From contig OZ286464.1 in NCBI GenBank assembly GCA_965644265.1, positions 30,504,001 through 30,568,000 on the forward strand: a stretch of 64,000 bases of DNA, read 5' to 3'. Within the stretch, counting starts at the first letter, position 1; each line of letters begins with the position of its first letter. Under the pieces are notes generated by a model, which was given only the letters and a program-made list of their open reading frames with translations, searched no databases and was not told the origin of the DNA. This DNA is from Glycera tridactyla (lineage: Eukaryota). Positions 1 through 14,331 of this stretch are shown piece by piece. The position numbers were made by a program, and so were the translations under genes.

Positions 1-600
1 TTGGCTGGTTAGGGGATACTCTGTGTAGTGCCACTGATGGAATAGGACCCTTGTTGTCAGATCCCAGACAAGTGCCCATACAATCACATCATGATGATGT
101 GTGGCTCATACGAGTTTCTTTATTACAAGTGAATGGTATAAAATGAGAGGATCACCCAGATAGGGGTTCTTTTTCCCCTTTCGATAGTGGTTGTTGCATT
201 GGCTTAACATCATGTGAGACAAACCATATATCCAACAATCTTTTCCAATTGAATTTCCTACTGCCATGTATCACATGATGCTGACAACATCTAGCTTTCG
301 AAAACAGAAAAAACATATAAGTGAGAACTACTGTAAAGATAGGAGCATTCACTATGATGCATAGTTTCAACTAGGAGAGCTGTATTATCTCTATATGGCT
401 AACTTAAGCGGGTCGGATTAGGCTTCTTTCTGGTGACATTGAGGAGGATGAGCGGCTGCTAGATGGCCATAGGCCTGTCTGACACACAGGCTGACAGATA
501 CATCTCAATCTGTCTTCGTTGCTAACATCCGTATAACGCGCATGACACACTCGCCCTCCAGCCAGCCAAAAAATGAGTGCAGGATATCCATCATTTCAAC

Positions 601-921
601 AGGCCTCAACCTTCCAGATATATATTCATCTCTTGAAAACTATGCACTAGTCAGTCAGTNNNNNNNNNNNNNNNNNNNNNNNNNNNNNNNNNNNNNNNNN
701 NNNNNNNNNNNNNNNNNNNNNNNNNNNNNNNNNNNNNNNNNNNNNNNNNNNNNNNNNNNNNNNNNNNNNNNNNNNNNNNNNNNNNNNNNNNNNNNNNNNN
801 NNNNNNNNNNNNNNNNNNNNNNNNNNNNAAACTCACAAAGACACAGATGAATAGACGGATGGACGGACAGACAGATGGATGGACAGATGGATGGATAGAC
901 GAACAGACGGGCAGAAGAATG

Positions 922-980
<59 letters not shown>

Positions 981-1593
981 GAACAGACAAACAGAACCAT
1001 CCCATTTGCGTCCACAAACCTCATGCTGATTTGATCTGTCCCCCCTCCTCCCTCCACACATCCCATACATTTGTTTCTTCCGTCATGACTGAGAGACCCT
1101 TGACCAGATGTCATCATCACTAAGAGGATGATTCTGAAATGCCCATGACGATGAAAACGACAACCTACGATGATTTTGTTTGGCCTCAAGCTTCCAGATG
1201 TATATTCATCTCTTGAAGACCATGCACCAGTCAGTGAGTGAAATATTTTCCTAGTTGGCGTGTTCCCACGACCGGCACTATTCTTTTTATAATATGATGG
1301 TGCTGATAATATGGATGGATATTGTTATAATGAAAGAACATCATAATGCTGATGGAAAAATTTACAGATGGACGGACAGACGAGCGGACGAACAGACAGA
1401 GAGAGATGGACAGACAGACGGAACGACCGATGGATGGATGGACGAACAGAAGGATAGACAAGCAGACAGACGGGCAGACAGACAGACGGACAGACAGACA
1501 GACAGAACTATCCCATTCTCGTCCACAAACCTCACGGCGATTTGATCTCCTCCCCCCCCCCCCCTCACCCATCTCATACATTTTCCTCTTCCG
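601..1593. repeat. Diverged tandem duplication (~560-580 bp unit) containing GACA/GATG microsatellites
   Basis: GGCCTCAAccTTCCAGATaTATATTCATCTCTTGAA at ~602 recurs at ~1182. ACAGAACcATCCCATT..GTCCACAAACCTCA..GATTTGATCT at ~990 recurs at ~1503. Each unit carries a (GACA)n/(GATG)n tract. An N run interrupts the first unit. Confidence 0.8.
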
Positions 1594-1879
1594 TCCGAGA
1601 GACGATATACACAACTGCTGTTTATAATTTAACGTGAATCTGTACAAATAATTGAACATTGCATCTTTCTCAAGTGAAGTGGATAGGATGAGACCAATTA
1701 GGAGGTTCTAATCTCATCCATCAGCAACAAAAATAAGTGGCTGTAGCCTCCTACAGCATTTAGAAGTGTTTCACCATCATTCACCACGGGTGCTTTTGGT
1801 GGCCTTCACCTGATCCAGCACGGGGGTACTGCTCTGATGAACACAGTGGAGCCACTGTTTTGGAGTCTCATTAGGCCAG

Positions 1880-2003
1880 TGGCCGGTTCGAACCCATCAA
1901 TGCGGGTGGCCTTGAGTATAATGGCGCAGCCGAGGACACTAACATTTATCCAATTAAGTGAGCATTTGAGCTAAAATGGATGGAATCACGTGGGCTCGAC
2001 CCC
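1880..2003 (-). mobile_element. Possible degenerate tRNA-derived SINE head
   Basis: Minus strand has an A-box-like TAGCTCAAATG (1972-1962) and a B-box-like GGGTTCGAACCGG (~1895-1883), plus a second B-box-like GGGGTCGAGCCC (~2003-1992). No cloverleaf could be built. Confidence 0.25.
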
Positions 2004-2511
2004 ACCATCAATGTCCATTGTAGGACTTGTTGTGTATGATACATGCTTGGATAATTCATTACAATGTAGCAGGAAATGCTCTTATCAACTATAACTCTTC
2101 ATTATCTGAACTTCACTCTACTTCCTCCTGCAGGAGCACTGTAACCCATGTCTAAGCCTGCTAGTTACTGTATCTAGTAAAATCCCGGTTTGGCAACAAC
2201 TTGCATATCTCGCCCTGTCTGTCTGTATGTCTGTCCGTCCGCCGACTTATTTGCCTGCCTGCCCGCCGGCNNNNNNNNNNNNNNNNNNNNNNNNNNNNNN
2301 NNNNNNNNNNNNNNNNNNNNNNNNNNNNNNNNNNNNNNNNNNNNNNNNNNNNNNNNNNNNNNNNNNNNNNNNNNNNNNNNNNNNNNNNNNNNNNNNNNNN
2401 NNNNNNNNNNNNNNNNNCCAAATGGGAAACTCAGTGCTGTTTGCGTGAATAACTAGGCCTGCGTGATTCAAACGTGCTTGGTGGAAGTATTCGAGGGAAG
2501 CGGAAACGGTA

Positions 2512-2640
2512 AAGTGGTTTGGTTTGGTTTGGTTGATGTCTAGTGGCATGTACCACCCCGAAGGATCATGATTACCAGGGCGGAAAACAGATGCGTTACA
2601 GTGTTGCCCTCCTTGGCCGACTGCTACCGTCCCCAACCAA
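2512..2640 (-). mobile_element. Probable 3' end of a LINE/SINE with (CCAAA)n tail
   Basis: Minus strand reads ...GGTGGTACATGCCACTAGACATCAACCAAACCAAACCAAACCA, a short tandem-repeat tail of the kind that ends many non-LTR retroposons. No coding evidence. Confidence 0.35.
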
Positions 2641-5600
2641 GAACAGCAGTTATCTCCAATAAGGATTCATTGAACAGTTGATCTTCAACGGCATGTATCA
2701 ACTCAAATGATTATTCATGCCGTACGTTCCTGGTCAAAAAACTGGATGTTCGTTCCCCTGCATGGATCACTCACACTAACCCTGTACACAAGATGATGGG
2801 CAACCTAAAAAGATGTGAAGTGGAACTAGCAGGCAGTTCAGACACACCTCTACCTATTCAATATTAACAAAATGGACGATTCCTCTAGGGATCATTCCCC
2901 ATACTAGATTGATCCACAAGTGTTGTAATGGTCTCTCCCGCAGGGTTGATGACGGTGACAGTACAATAAGTATATCGACATTATTATAAACCCATGTAAA
3001 TGTTCGATCGCTTTCGGAGGGTGCATCCGTTTGCCTGTCATCACGAATAATAGAGGTAAAAATCTGAGTATTGAGAGAGCAGGAGTTGTGGAGGTGGACT
3101 TGTCAGCTACATCTGACCCATATAGAATGTCATCGCGATCACTCTATATGTTTCCATACGTTACACACCTGACCTCTGCTGTCCACAGTTGAAGGTCGTG
3201 GCTCTGGGGACAGCCGTCTAATTTCACGCTGTCACTTCCAACTTGCGTCGTCCATATTTAAAATGGGAGCAGTGACATAGCCTGTCAGTCTCTATAAACT
3301 TTGAGAAGAGACGAATTGAAACAGTCTTGATAAAGACCGTCAATTGACCCTTCTTTTCCAAAATCCGGGAGACATCAGATCACAGAATTGGCCGGATATT
3401 GGTTGTCCACTACAATATTATCTGATTCCCAAGCTTCCAATCTGTACCGAAACTCAATTTCTCAACCAGTCACTACTGTTTGTTCTTGAAGTATGAATTG
3501 AGGGCTCTTTGACGTTCCTCGTTATCCCTCTTCAGAGATTAAAGTGGTAATTTCACACAATCGGATGTCTAGGATTTATCGATATTCATTGCACGAAACG
3601 AGTTCGTGCCCCATAAATGACGTCACTTTCAATTTTTAATAGTATCTCAAATATTCCAATTCCATGATTTGCTGACAAACTCACCCGAGATGGAAGATTA
3701 TCCACGATACTTGATATCTTTAATTTATAGGTTCGATTAGATTTAACTGATGGATTCAATGTCTTCCCGATAAGACTGTCAGTGTCCATTTGATTCTGAT
3801 TATTCCGGCGCTGCTATTATGATTCGAAAATACTTGTAATTGTATTACCCCTAAGCCAGTACCATTCTATCCAGATACCACACATCATCATCGTTATCGA
3901 GTCAGACAAAGGCAAAGAGCGAGCTTTCAGACAACCATGACGATGTTCATCTACTATTACAATGATAACTGATTCTCAGTAAACCCACCGCGATTGAAAA
4001 GATATGGTGATCTCGAATGACATACTGTCAATTTTACTTCTCATGACCCCCGCTCACAAGCACGACCCCGGCAAAGATGCAATCTGATCATCCTATCACA
4101 GGAATATTCATCATTCATTCACGTCTGGTTGATTCATCATTGGAAAAAGTCTTTGATCAGATCTCAGAATGTTCTATTCATGCAGCTGGTTGCCATGGAT
4201 ACGTGGTGATGACCCTCAGGAATGACATAACCATCGATGATTTCACGTCTTCTGTCAGGTATAACATTTCAGCTGCCACAACACTGTTGGTTGGTTGGAT
4301 TTTGTACATTCCGTGAACGCCATCTTGGATATGTTGAGACGCACATGAAATGGGTTTCTGAGGGGGGAGTTGAAGACTTCTTCCAGGCTACGAACGAGAG
4401 GTGAAAATCCAATCATAGCGGTCAAGAATAGGTCAACCTGTGATCGATTCAATGATTCAGTCCCAGAGTTATTTGACCTCATGGGGTACTCTCCCGTAGT
4501 TATTCACATTTCATCGCATCAGGGCAGATTGCGTACTTGTCTATTATTCGAAATGAGAATCCATATGATGGCAATATCCTGCCTCGAAACTACATTAATG
4601 ACGATTCAGATGGATCAGAACAAGTCACATGTGAGACCCGCACTGATGTAATGGTAGCCACCTCAAACTCTAACAAATGTTGTAGAAAATGATGAGAGTT
4701 TCACGTTATGAAAACTATGACTAAATTCTCATAGAAATCGATGTGACCGCCATGTCCCATCATCAGTATGAATTGGGAATATTTGAATAGATACCAATCT
4801 CATTCATGATAATCCATTGCATGTCAATGGGTATAGGAAGCGTACAATTTGTGAGGAAGTCTTTGTCTGTATGCACGTGACAGAACCACTGCTCTTCTTT
4901 CAACCGAGCATAGGTGGCCCCCTGGTAGTTGAACAGCTGTCCGTGAATATTTCCAGTTCGCAAGTAATGGTGAACGGATTCCATAAACACAAACTACCAA
5001 CCAGCAAACAACCCAAGAAGAATCACTGGACATGAGCAGGATCAAGTATGGGTGATTTGGACAATGCGCTCGTAGAACTGAAATTGATGTTAATTCCAAG
5101 GCGTCTCCAATATCGCTGAAATTTCGCAAATGGTTCGAACCTCAGTACCACAGGTATCCGAGGACTGATTCAGGGTTGTGTGTATTGGCCTGAGCGAGTA
5201 GTGTACTCGACAGAAATGAGACAGTACTGGACATATCTTGTAAATAGGCGAGCATGGACATGAACCATTACACCCTTAATATAAAGTGAAATGAATGACC
5301 ATTTGGGAGTAGCATGTATTGTAAGCAACGATCCTTCATCTGGGGATACCCGAGCGGCCGCCATTGATCAGAGCTGATTATATTGCCCCTAATTACGATC
5401 GAACATCAGAGCAGAATATGGCCTTACGTCGATCAGGCCAGGCGATATTCCCTGAGTGGTATACAATTCAACTTGAATCCGAATACAAACGCTGCCAGCA
5501 AATTACTGATTTCTCTGTGGGATTAATCAAAACCTGGATTTGTAATAGAGAATTATCTGGCACGTTAATACGATTCCCTGAACCACCCCGTCTCCTAACA

Positions 5601-6259
5601 CCGATGGGCAATTTGTGGATGATGTGAGTATACCATCACCATACTGGTCATTATCGTTGTCAAGTGTGATCACGTTAGAGTAGTATGTTCGTTTGAAATG
5701 AGATCTGTCACTCAATGAGAAGATAGGAGCACCTAGGAGCATCTTCACTTTGATGTTGCATCATCATCCAGGGTTTGATAGCATTTAAATCAGACTAAGA
5801 AGAAAGGGGGATTGTAAATAGAGGAACCTACCTTCTATTCGTGAAATTGTCTGAAATATGATTTGAAGAAGACTCTTTCACCATGATATTTCCTGAACCG
5901 ATCACAAGAAATGCATCAATGATATAATATGAACATCAAAATCCTATGATAACCCAGGCAACAAGATGATCCCTTTGATTCACTGCTATGTTCAATGTAG
6001 CGAGGGAGAAGAGACTATTTTACAAAACAGACCACTCAGCTGGTATTGACCCAACAATTTTTGTCCCCTCTCTCACTCCAAGTTTGTGGCGGATGTAGCT
6101 AGCTGATGAACCTATTTGCTTTTGTCTGTTTAAACTGTTTGTCACGCAACCTGCACGGAATTGAAGGTGAACAGAGACACAGACCTTTCAGAAAGAAGCT
6201 CACTACCATAAGCCGTTATCCTGCTGGGACCTCTCTTAACATTCTATACAATGTAGGTC

Positions 6260-6590
6260 ATCATCATCACCATCATCATCAATGCGGCCGTGATCATTCT
6301 GTCTTCGCCGTCGACGTAGTCATCCATTTCGCTATTCTCACGATCGCCTCGAGTGACATCTTCACCGTTATCAGCAACATCACCAGCATCATCATCGTCT
6401 CCGTCATCGTCGACACTGTCCATTGCCATGGCAACCACCAATGCCTTTGTCATAATCCATGTCGTCGTTTTCGCCAATGTATTGGTGGCTGTTGTGTTAG
6501 ACATAGTGAAAGTGATGGTAGTTTTACTATTGTAGCTGTCACTGCCATCGTCGTCGTTATCGTTGTCGTCTTCTCCGTCCTCGATTGCTA
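6260..6590. repeat. Degenerate (CAT/CGT)n low-complexity tract
   Basis: Imperfect trinucleotide runs. They explain the His-, Asp- and Ile/Val-rich ORFs at 6106-6645. Confidence 0.7.
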
Positions 6591-6880
6591 TGGTGATCAA
6601 AGTATTTTGAAAATTATATACACATTCGATCAAAAAGCAGAGTAATGTATGTATGTCTGCTCCTCAACCGGATCCTGGTCACTTTATTTACACAGCTGAT
6701 CAGACATTCAGATACCACACCTGCCCCAGATTATCTTCCTTCAATCAATGATAAAACAGCTAATATGAACCAGAGAAGAATGCCCTTTCAACCCCATGCT
6801 CTTCATTTCCTCACCATGGTCACCAATGATGTGGTCCCGAGGAGGACCTTTCAAAATGTTGGTTGCCGAAGTCCCTGATT

Positions 6881-8590
6881 TTGATGGCTTCACAGCTAGG
6901 ATATTGAAGATTGTGATGGAATCCCAGTCAGGTTATTGAAGGTTGTGATGGCATCCCAGTCAGGTTATTGAAGGTTGTGATGGCATCCCAGTCAGGTTAT
7001 TGAAGGTTGTGATGGCACCCCAGCTAGGTTTTTGAAGGCTGTAATGGCATCCCAGTCAGGTTATTGAAGGTTGTGATGGCATCCCAGTCAGGTTATTGAA
7101 GGTTGTGATGGCATCCCAGCTGGGTTTTTGAAGGTTGTGATGGTATCCCGGCTAGGTCATTGAAGGCTAAGATGGCATCCGAGCTTGGTTATTGAAGGTT
7201 GTAGTGGCATCTCAGCTTGGTTATTGATGGCTGTGATGGTATCCCGGTCATGTTATTGAAGGCTGTGATGGCATCCGAGCTGGGTTATTGAAGGTTGTGA
7301 TGGCATCTCAGCTTGGTTATTGAAGGTTGTGATGGCATCCAAGCTAGGTTATCGTAGGTGGTGATGGGATCCCAGCTAGGGGATTGAAGGTTGTGATGGC
7401 ATCTGAGCCAGGTTATTGAGGGTTGTGATGGCATCTGAGCCAGGTTATTGAGGGTTGTGATGGCATCTGAGCCAGGTTATTGAGGGTTGTGATAACATCC
7501 AAGCTACATTATTCGAGGTTGTGATGGCGTCCAAGCTGGGTTCATTCAAGGTTTTGATGGCATCCCAGCTAGCTTATTGAAGGCTGTGATGGAATCCCAG
7601 TCAGGTTATTGAAGGTTGTGATGGCATCCCAGCTGGGCTATTGAAGGTTGTGATGGTATTCTAGCTGGGTTTTCAAAGGTTGTGATGGCATCCCAGCTGG
7701 GCTATTGGAGGTTGTGATGGTATTCTAGCTTGGTTTTCGAAGGTTGTGATGACATCCCAGCTACGTGATTGAAGGTTGAGATGGAATCTCAGCTGGGTTA
7801 TTTAAGTTTGTAATGACATCCTGGCTAGGTTGAAGAAGGCTGTGATGGTATTCCAGTCAGGTTATTGAAGGTTGTGATGGCATCCCAGTCAGGTTATTGG
7901 GGGTTGTGATGGCATCCCAGCTGGGTTTTTGAAGGTTGTGATGGCACCCCAGCTGGGTTTTTGTGGGTTGTGATGGCATCCCAGTCAGGTTATTGAAGGT
8001 TGTGATGGCATCCAAGCTGGATTTTTGAAGGTTGTGATGGCACCCCAGCTGGGTTTTTGTAGGTTGTGATGGCATCCCAGTCAGGTTATTGAAGGTTGTG
8101 ATGGCATCGCAGCGAGGTTATTGAAGGTTGTGATGGCATCTCAGTCAGGTTATTGAGGGTTGTGATGGTATCCCAGTCAGCTGATTGAAGGTTGTGATGG
8201 CATCCCAGCTGGATTTTTGAAGGTTGTGATGGCATCTCAGTCAGGTTATTGAAGGCTGTGATGGTATCCGAGCTGGGATTTTCAAGGTTATGATGGATTT
8301 TCAGCTTGGTTATTGAAGGTCGGGATGACATCCAAGCTAGGTTTTTGTGATGGCATCCCAGTCAGGTTATTGAAGGTTGTGATGGCATCGCATGCAGCAA
8401 GGTCATTGAAGGTTGTGATGGCATCTCAGTCAGGTTTTGAAGGTTGTGATGGCATCCCAGCTGGCTTATTGGACGTTGTGGTGGCATTCCAGCTGGGTTA
8501 TTGACGGTTGTGATGGCATCCAAGCTGGTTTTTTTAAAGTTGTGATGGCATCCCACTTGGGTTATCGAAGGTTGTGACAGTATCCCAACT
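6881..8590. repeat. 32-bp minisatellite, about 53 copies
   Basis: Consensus TGGCATCCCAGTCAGGTTATTGAAGGTTGTGA, with a variant ...CCCAGCTGGGTTTTTGAAG.... The 32-aa periodicity of ORF 7857-8075 reflects a local 96-bp (3-unit) higher-order repeat. Confidence 0.95.
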
Positions 8591-9944
8591 AAATATCTCA
8601 AATATATATGTATTTCACACCACTCCGTGTGAGCACAACCCACACTCTAGTGATTTTGTGGTACACGAACCACTCTCTTGGAATCTCCCTGTGGGAGCTC
8701 TCTTTTCTTTTTCTCAAGGAGTCACTTTTGGGCCGGAAATTCTCCCGATACAAATTCTTCATGTTGCATTCATTCCCTTGAGGATACACAGTGAACATTC
8801 TATTGTAATGATTAAGCCGGAATCGACAGTTGAACTAACAATCATATCTAACACGTTTCAATCTCAAATTGATACGTATCGAGCCACATCCTTTTGATGA
8901 ATTCGTATCGAGCCTAATAAATTCCGAAATTCAGAATAGAGATCGGTCAAGTTGCGTGAACTTTCTTTTCTTGCATTGTTGAAACGATGTGCCAAGAGCG
9001 ATGTCGAGCATCACATCATTCTTCGAAAATTAAATTTACATAGAAGCATGAATTTTATGGTGGTAGCTATTAGCGACATAAATATGATCAGCATTCAGCG
9101 CAAGAGCAGCACCCAGGTTCATTATCGTCAGAGAAGTTCTGTGACCTATATCAGGGAGGATAGATAGAGGTGCAAAACGACGAACATTATCCACAATGAT
9201 GTAGGGTCAGCGGAGGCTTATTTAATTTGCATATAAAACGAACTTGAGGCCACTTCACCAATAGCATTCAATCCGGTCTTTCTATGAAGCCTCGTCCTAC
9301 AATTACACGGAGAATGGAGGCTGTTCTTGTCAGGATCTGTGAGATGTCCCCTATTGTGGTCCTGTCCACGCACTCTCCTCTCACCATCTTACCCGTTATT
9401 GTATCACAGATTATAAATACTCATGAATATTCAGATATATATTGATGGATAGATCATACTCCCAACAAATATCATAAAACATGACATGATTTATGTAATG
9501 ATGGACATATCATAGTCGCGCTAGTTGAGATGTGGATTGGTTGAGGGTGATATATACAGTTGGTGATGAGGTGGGGATGGGTGGGTGTGTCGTGCTGTTG
9601 GGACGTATGATATTGGATAAGGGCCAGCCATTTCCGGACAATTACGGTCGAAGACGGTGGATGGCATTGTTGGCGCTGGTAAAAGGCCACAGCTGTCACA
9701 CATGCTGGAAATATCCGGGTCTACAGCATCAGTGATCAGTTGGTGGGCAGAAGTGCATGCATTCACATGTCAACACCCTTCCCACATCTAATTGGACCCA
9801 TCCAATCTTGGAATGATATATTTCGGCTCCCCAGCGAGAATCCTCATTGCCCAAGTGGTTAGTACTTTATGGCTCATGACAATTTCCAGATAGGCATAAG
9901 CTAATACCATATGGTCATGAACTTTTTTTATTGAATTCGGAATA

Positions 9945-9947
<3 letters not shown>

Positions 9948-10026
<79 letters not shown>
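9948..10026. repeat. (AT)n microsatellite
   Basis: Perfect AT run. Confidence 0.98.
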
Positions 10027-10030
<4 letters not shown>

Positions 10031-11194
10031 ACCTCCTTCTGTAGTGACGTTTTTGGAGTTCTTTGAAGCATGTTTCTCCAAGCTATATCAAAATCGTCTC
10101 CCAACGTTGATCTCCCTTAACATTTCAGCATAACACCATACCTTGTGTATTTCAAATCTCATTTTCACAATGGCAGACTAACCACAATGCGGTGTTTTAT
10201 TTTTGTGATGCATCTAATGATACCCTTGATGGTGAGGCTCTGATTCCCGCGTTCGTTCGATGCAGTGCTATGCCGTTTATATACGTGAATGTAGTTTCAT
10301 AGACACAATTAGATATGTATGTCAAGTACTATTCTTCAATTGACGGATTAAATGATTGACTGAGAAATTGTTGTCGATCACTGGCATGTCAGCTTCAAAA
10401 GTGTTATATTGTGATCTTTATGTGATATACTAGGCAGATCACTTCAACGCTCACCCAGCTAGTCTTTGACCTGAGGTGAAATGTGAGAAATATATTATGC
10501 ACTAGGAGTATCATTTCTAGTACGCTACCCGAATAATTCTGGCACCTGTGTTATCCCGAGAACATTGGACCAGGAAGATATGGCCACACACATAGCCACA
10601 TGAATGTGTATATGAAAATGAAATTATATGATGTGGGAAGAGAGGCCAATTTGATCTCTCTTCCCACATTACATAACTTCATTTCTGACCAAAAAGGTTG
10701 AAAAAAAGAGTCTGGCGAAGAGGCTCTTTCCTGCACGATGCCTCGTAGTTCCTATCAATTACATCAAGAACTGCGTTATGAAGAAAACTTCACACCTTTC
10801 GAGAGGTCGTTACAGTATGCAGGGACTCACTTCAATAATAATTCACCATGAAACGTGTTGATTCGGTAAATAAGATTGAGTATTTTTTTTGATCATTATC
10901 TTGTCATGAACGTGCAGTGGTGAGTGAGCACTTGGATAGGATGGTACTAACTTTCGCGCGGGTTTGCCCACTTCCGATGCCTGCTACACCACCCAACTCC
11001 TGGATTCCCTCTGAATTCTTTTCTCCTCAGGGTTCCTTGGTGCATTGTAGTTTTCGTTTCGCACAGCCAGTTTTCTGTCATCCCGTGTATCCTTTCTTGA
11101 GCCCGTTTCACCTCTGCCCAACAATCCATTTGGCGCATTTGTGATTTTCTCCTCTTATTTGCTCGATATATCAATAACAACCTCACGACTCCCT

Positions 11195-11530
11195 GACGCC
11201 CTGACTCCCTCACCTCATCGCCTTCACCCCTGACCCCTTCACCCCCCTGACTCCCGCACCCCTGACTCCCTGACCCCCTTACTCCCTCACACCCCTGACT
11301 TCCTCATGCTCTGACTCCCCCTGCCTTCCGCACCCCTGACTCGCTCACCCCCTGACTCGCTCACCCCCCAACTCCTTCATCCCCTCACCCCCTGACTCCC
11401 GCACTCTCAGACTCCCTCACCTCTGACTCCCGCACCCCTGACTCCCTGATGCCCTGACCCCCTGACTCCTTCAACCCCCTACCCTCTGACTCCCTCAACC
11501 CCTGACTCCCTCACCCCCAACTCCCTCATC
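11195..11530. repeat. Degenerate C-rich repeat (CACCCCTGACTCCCT-like), G-rich on the minus strand
   Basis: Many imperfect copies of CCCTGACTC. Confidence 0.85.
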
Positions 11531-14274
11531 TACTATTCAGGGTATCGTGCGACCTCAGCAGGATCCTATTGTGCGCATTCGTTCATGATTCGTCGCTCTG
11601 AAAAAATGAATTCAATCTGACTGCGGCATGACTGAGATAGGAAGAATAGTTCCATCGAATGCACAATTTCAAGGACTGATGATGACGTGATAAATGAATA
11701 AATTGCTGTAATCCAATTCGATGAAAGTGTGGCAAATATGAGATTAGGAGGAACACATTATAACAGCCATCTTCAACGCATCTCACAATAATCAGTATGT
11801 TCAGGAATTGAAGTGGTGTGCGTATGAAGTGGTATCAAGCCACAGGATATTCATATCTATAATTATGACCATATCCTCACTCATATTACATCGGCCTATT
11901 TTGACAGGATCGGAACGAACACATTAGTGTACAGATAGACTGCATGCACGTTATGACAAATCCTTCGTAGAGAGGATTTTCATCATAATTCACGTCCTCT
12001 TTGGTATCAGTTATCAAACAGAGATCGGATATGATCCAATCGACCACGTAGGCAAATAATCAGGAGCAATTTGCTTGGAGTTGCGACTAAATAGCCTGTA
12101 GATGTGAAAGATATGCTGGCGATGACGTCGCAATTATGGAGGATTCATACAAATGATGACTGGTTTTCTAGGATTACTGGAAATAATGAGGATGCCAGGA
12201 AGCTGGTTCGAATCGGAGAATAATTATAATATAATTCGAAATTAGTATGGATGCTCCCCTGGAGGAAATAAATCCTCATCTAATTAGATTTAAAATTGGC
12301 TGCTACTAGCTTGCAAGCATGAATAAACATTTGTTAACGGGTACTTTCGAAAGGTGGGATAGGATATAGGGAGTCTTGTCTTCAACCAAAGACAATCCAG
12401 ATTTTTCAATCAGACATCTGTCCACCAGACATATTTCAGTCTCCATATCCTCTCAAAGCAACAAAATGGGAATGACATTGCTGTATTGGATGCCAGTTAT
12501 GGAATCAAAAGCAGGATTGTCGAGTTATTCTGCTCTAATTCCCAATATGCCTACGCACAGGACATGGAATGCAAAATGACTATATTAGATGAAGAATTCG
12601 ACACCAGAAGATTGACAATGATTGAACATGTATTCCTTCTCGATTTTTTTCAGGTCTCTATATCAGCTTCGAATTATTGAAATGAAGAATATCTGTGTTG
12701 TTGAGTGTGTCAGTTGAGTTGTTCCGGGTATGAAACCACTTGCTTGCTTTGATCATATCCATGACTTGCCATGTGCTGAAAAAAGACCATAGATCAAAAC
12801 TCGGAATTTTGATTCGAAATTCCGATCCGAATCTGGAATGAAGTTTATGAATTTCTGTACTGCATAACTCTTCTTCCTCATAATGCGAGTGTGAATTTGG
12901 CTATATAGGTTATACTTTTGAGGTTGTATTCTCCTCAGAGAGATGACGGAGGCTTAAGTCTGGCAGAATTGCGAGGGAATGTGACTATGAAATCAGGTGA
13001 GTTCTGTAAGGATGGCACTTCACTTAATTCCCATTCTTGACGTACATGTACACATGAATGTAATGCAAGGTTTTTAAGCAGGGAAGTATGATTGAGACTA
13101 TGGGAGACTCGTTGTATTCTAGTATCTCGTATATGCTTGCTGTATTCTAGTAGCAATTGTATGTCGTAAAGTATCAGCAATAGCTCCAATATTTTCTTAT
13201 GATATATTGTCTGATGTTATAGTGTATTGTCTTAAGTTGTCTCATATGGTCTTATATTGTCTTAAAGTACGTGATAATTTGCACTGTAATTATGTCTTTT
13301 ATATGTATATGAAATGTAAATGGGCTGTCTAAAACTCACGAAATAAGTCTTATGAAGTCTTTGTGAAAGGGGTGTGTGTGTTGGTTGGTTGTTCTTGTAT
13401 GATCGGCACCAACTGTGCTATATCGAGATAGCAAAGTAATATACATGTGCGAGACATTTCAAGACCTCTCCACCTGGGTCGGAACTGAGATTGAAATTCG
13501 CAGACACCCAAGGTGCTCTTCTTTACATGGCATTGCAAGCACAAACATTTTCACACCTGTATATAATGTAAGTTGATCGACTATGATTCCGATATGGATA
13601 CATCCATTTCCGGGATAACAAATAAACGACATTGATTTTCAAGTTTATCAGAATCGAATATCCGCAATCACAGGTTACTGATAGGAAAATAACACCTGAT
13701 ATCCCTGGAGTCGATAGAATTGCATGTTGCAAGTTGTTGAAAGTTTACTCGAGTTGTGCCGTCATTGTGATTGTGATAAAATTGTATTTTCCAACCAAAA
13801 CTCAATTTGGGAATCCTTTCATTCAGTCATGTATACGTGCCTAAGGATTGAAGCGTCGAACAAGTGATGTTTGGAGGAATTGGCGCTCTGGCATATAGGC
13901 TTGTGTCTGTTGCCGGCTCGTATATCATCCAACGTCACATGTTCACATATTGATAAAGATCACAACGTCAACATGGCGAACTTTGAACACACATCTCGGC
14001 AATAGCTGATAGAAATGGCAAGTAATGAAATTCGGAATGTCACACAATGGAATAGCGTGCGCGCCGTGGGCTTGGAGGTCCCTTCTACACCATACCATTC
14101 CTCTCCTCAATCGATTAATACAGTACATCACACTTGTCAATAGGTCTAAGGGGGATTCATTTTCTAGATATCCAGAATATTTGAGTCAGCTACATGAAGG
14201 CTCGAAACCATTGGGCTTTTAGCCCACAGCTGCACTAATGTTTCCAGGTTCGTAGGAGATGATATGTGATGAGT

Positions 14275-14330
<56 letters not shown>
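14275..14330. repeat. (GAT)n microsatellite
   Basis: Perfect trinucleotide run. Confidence 0.95.

Positions 14331-14331
<1 letters not shown>

Noticed and set aside
3100-5750. Coding-looking complex sequence with several 65-100-aa ORFs
   Set aside because: No recognisable domain, overlapping ORFs on both strands and frequent stops.
6881-8590. CRISPR-like array
   Set aside because: Units are contiguous with no unique spacers, in a eukaryotic context without cas genes.
11870-13350. Possible very decayed LINE (YAGDDVAIM at ~12113, tail-like sequence near 13300)
   Set aside because: Single imperfect motif with no other RT motifs recovered by eye.
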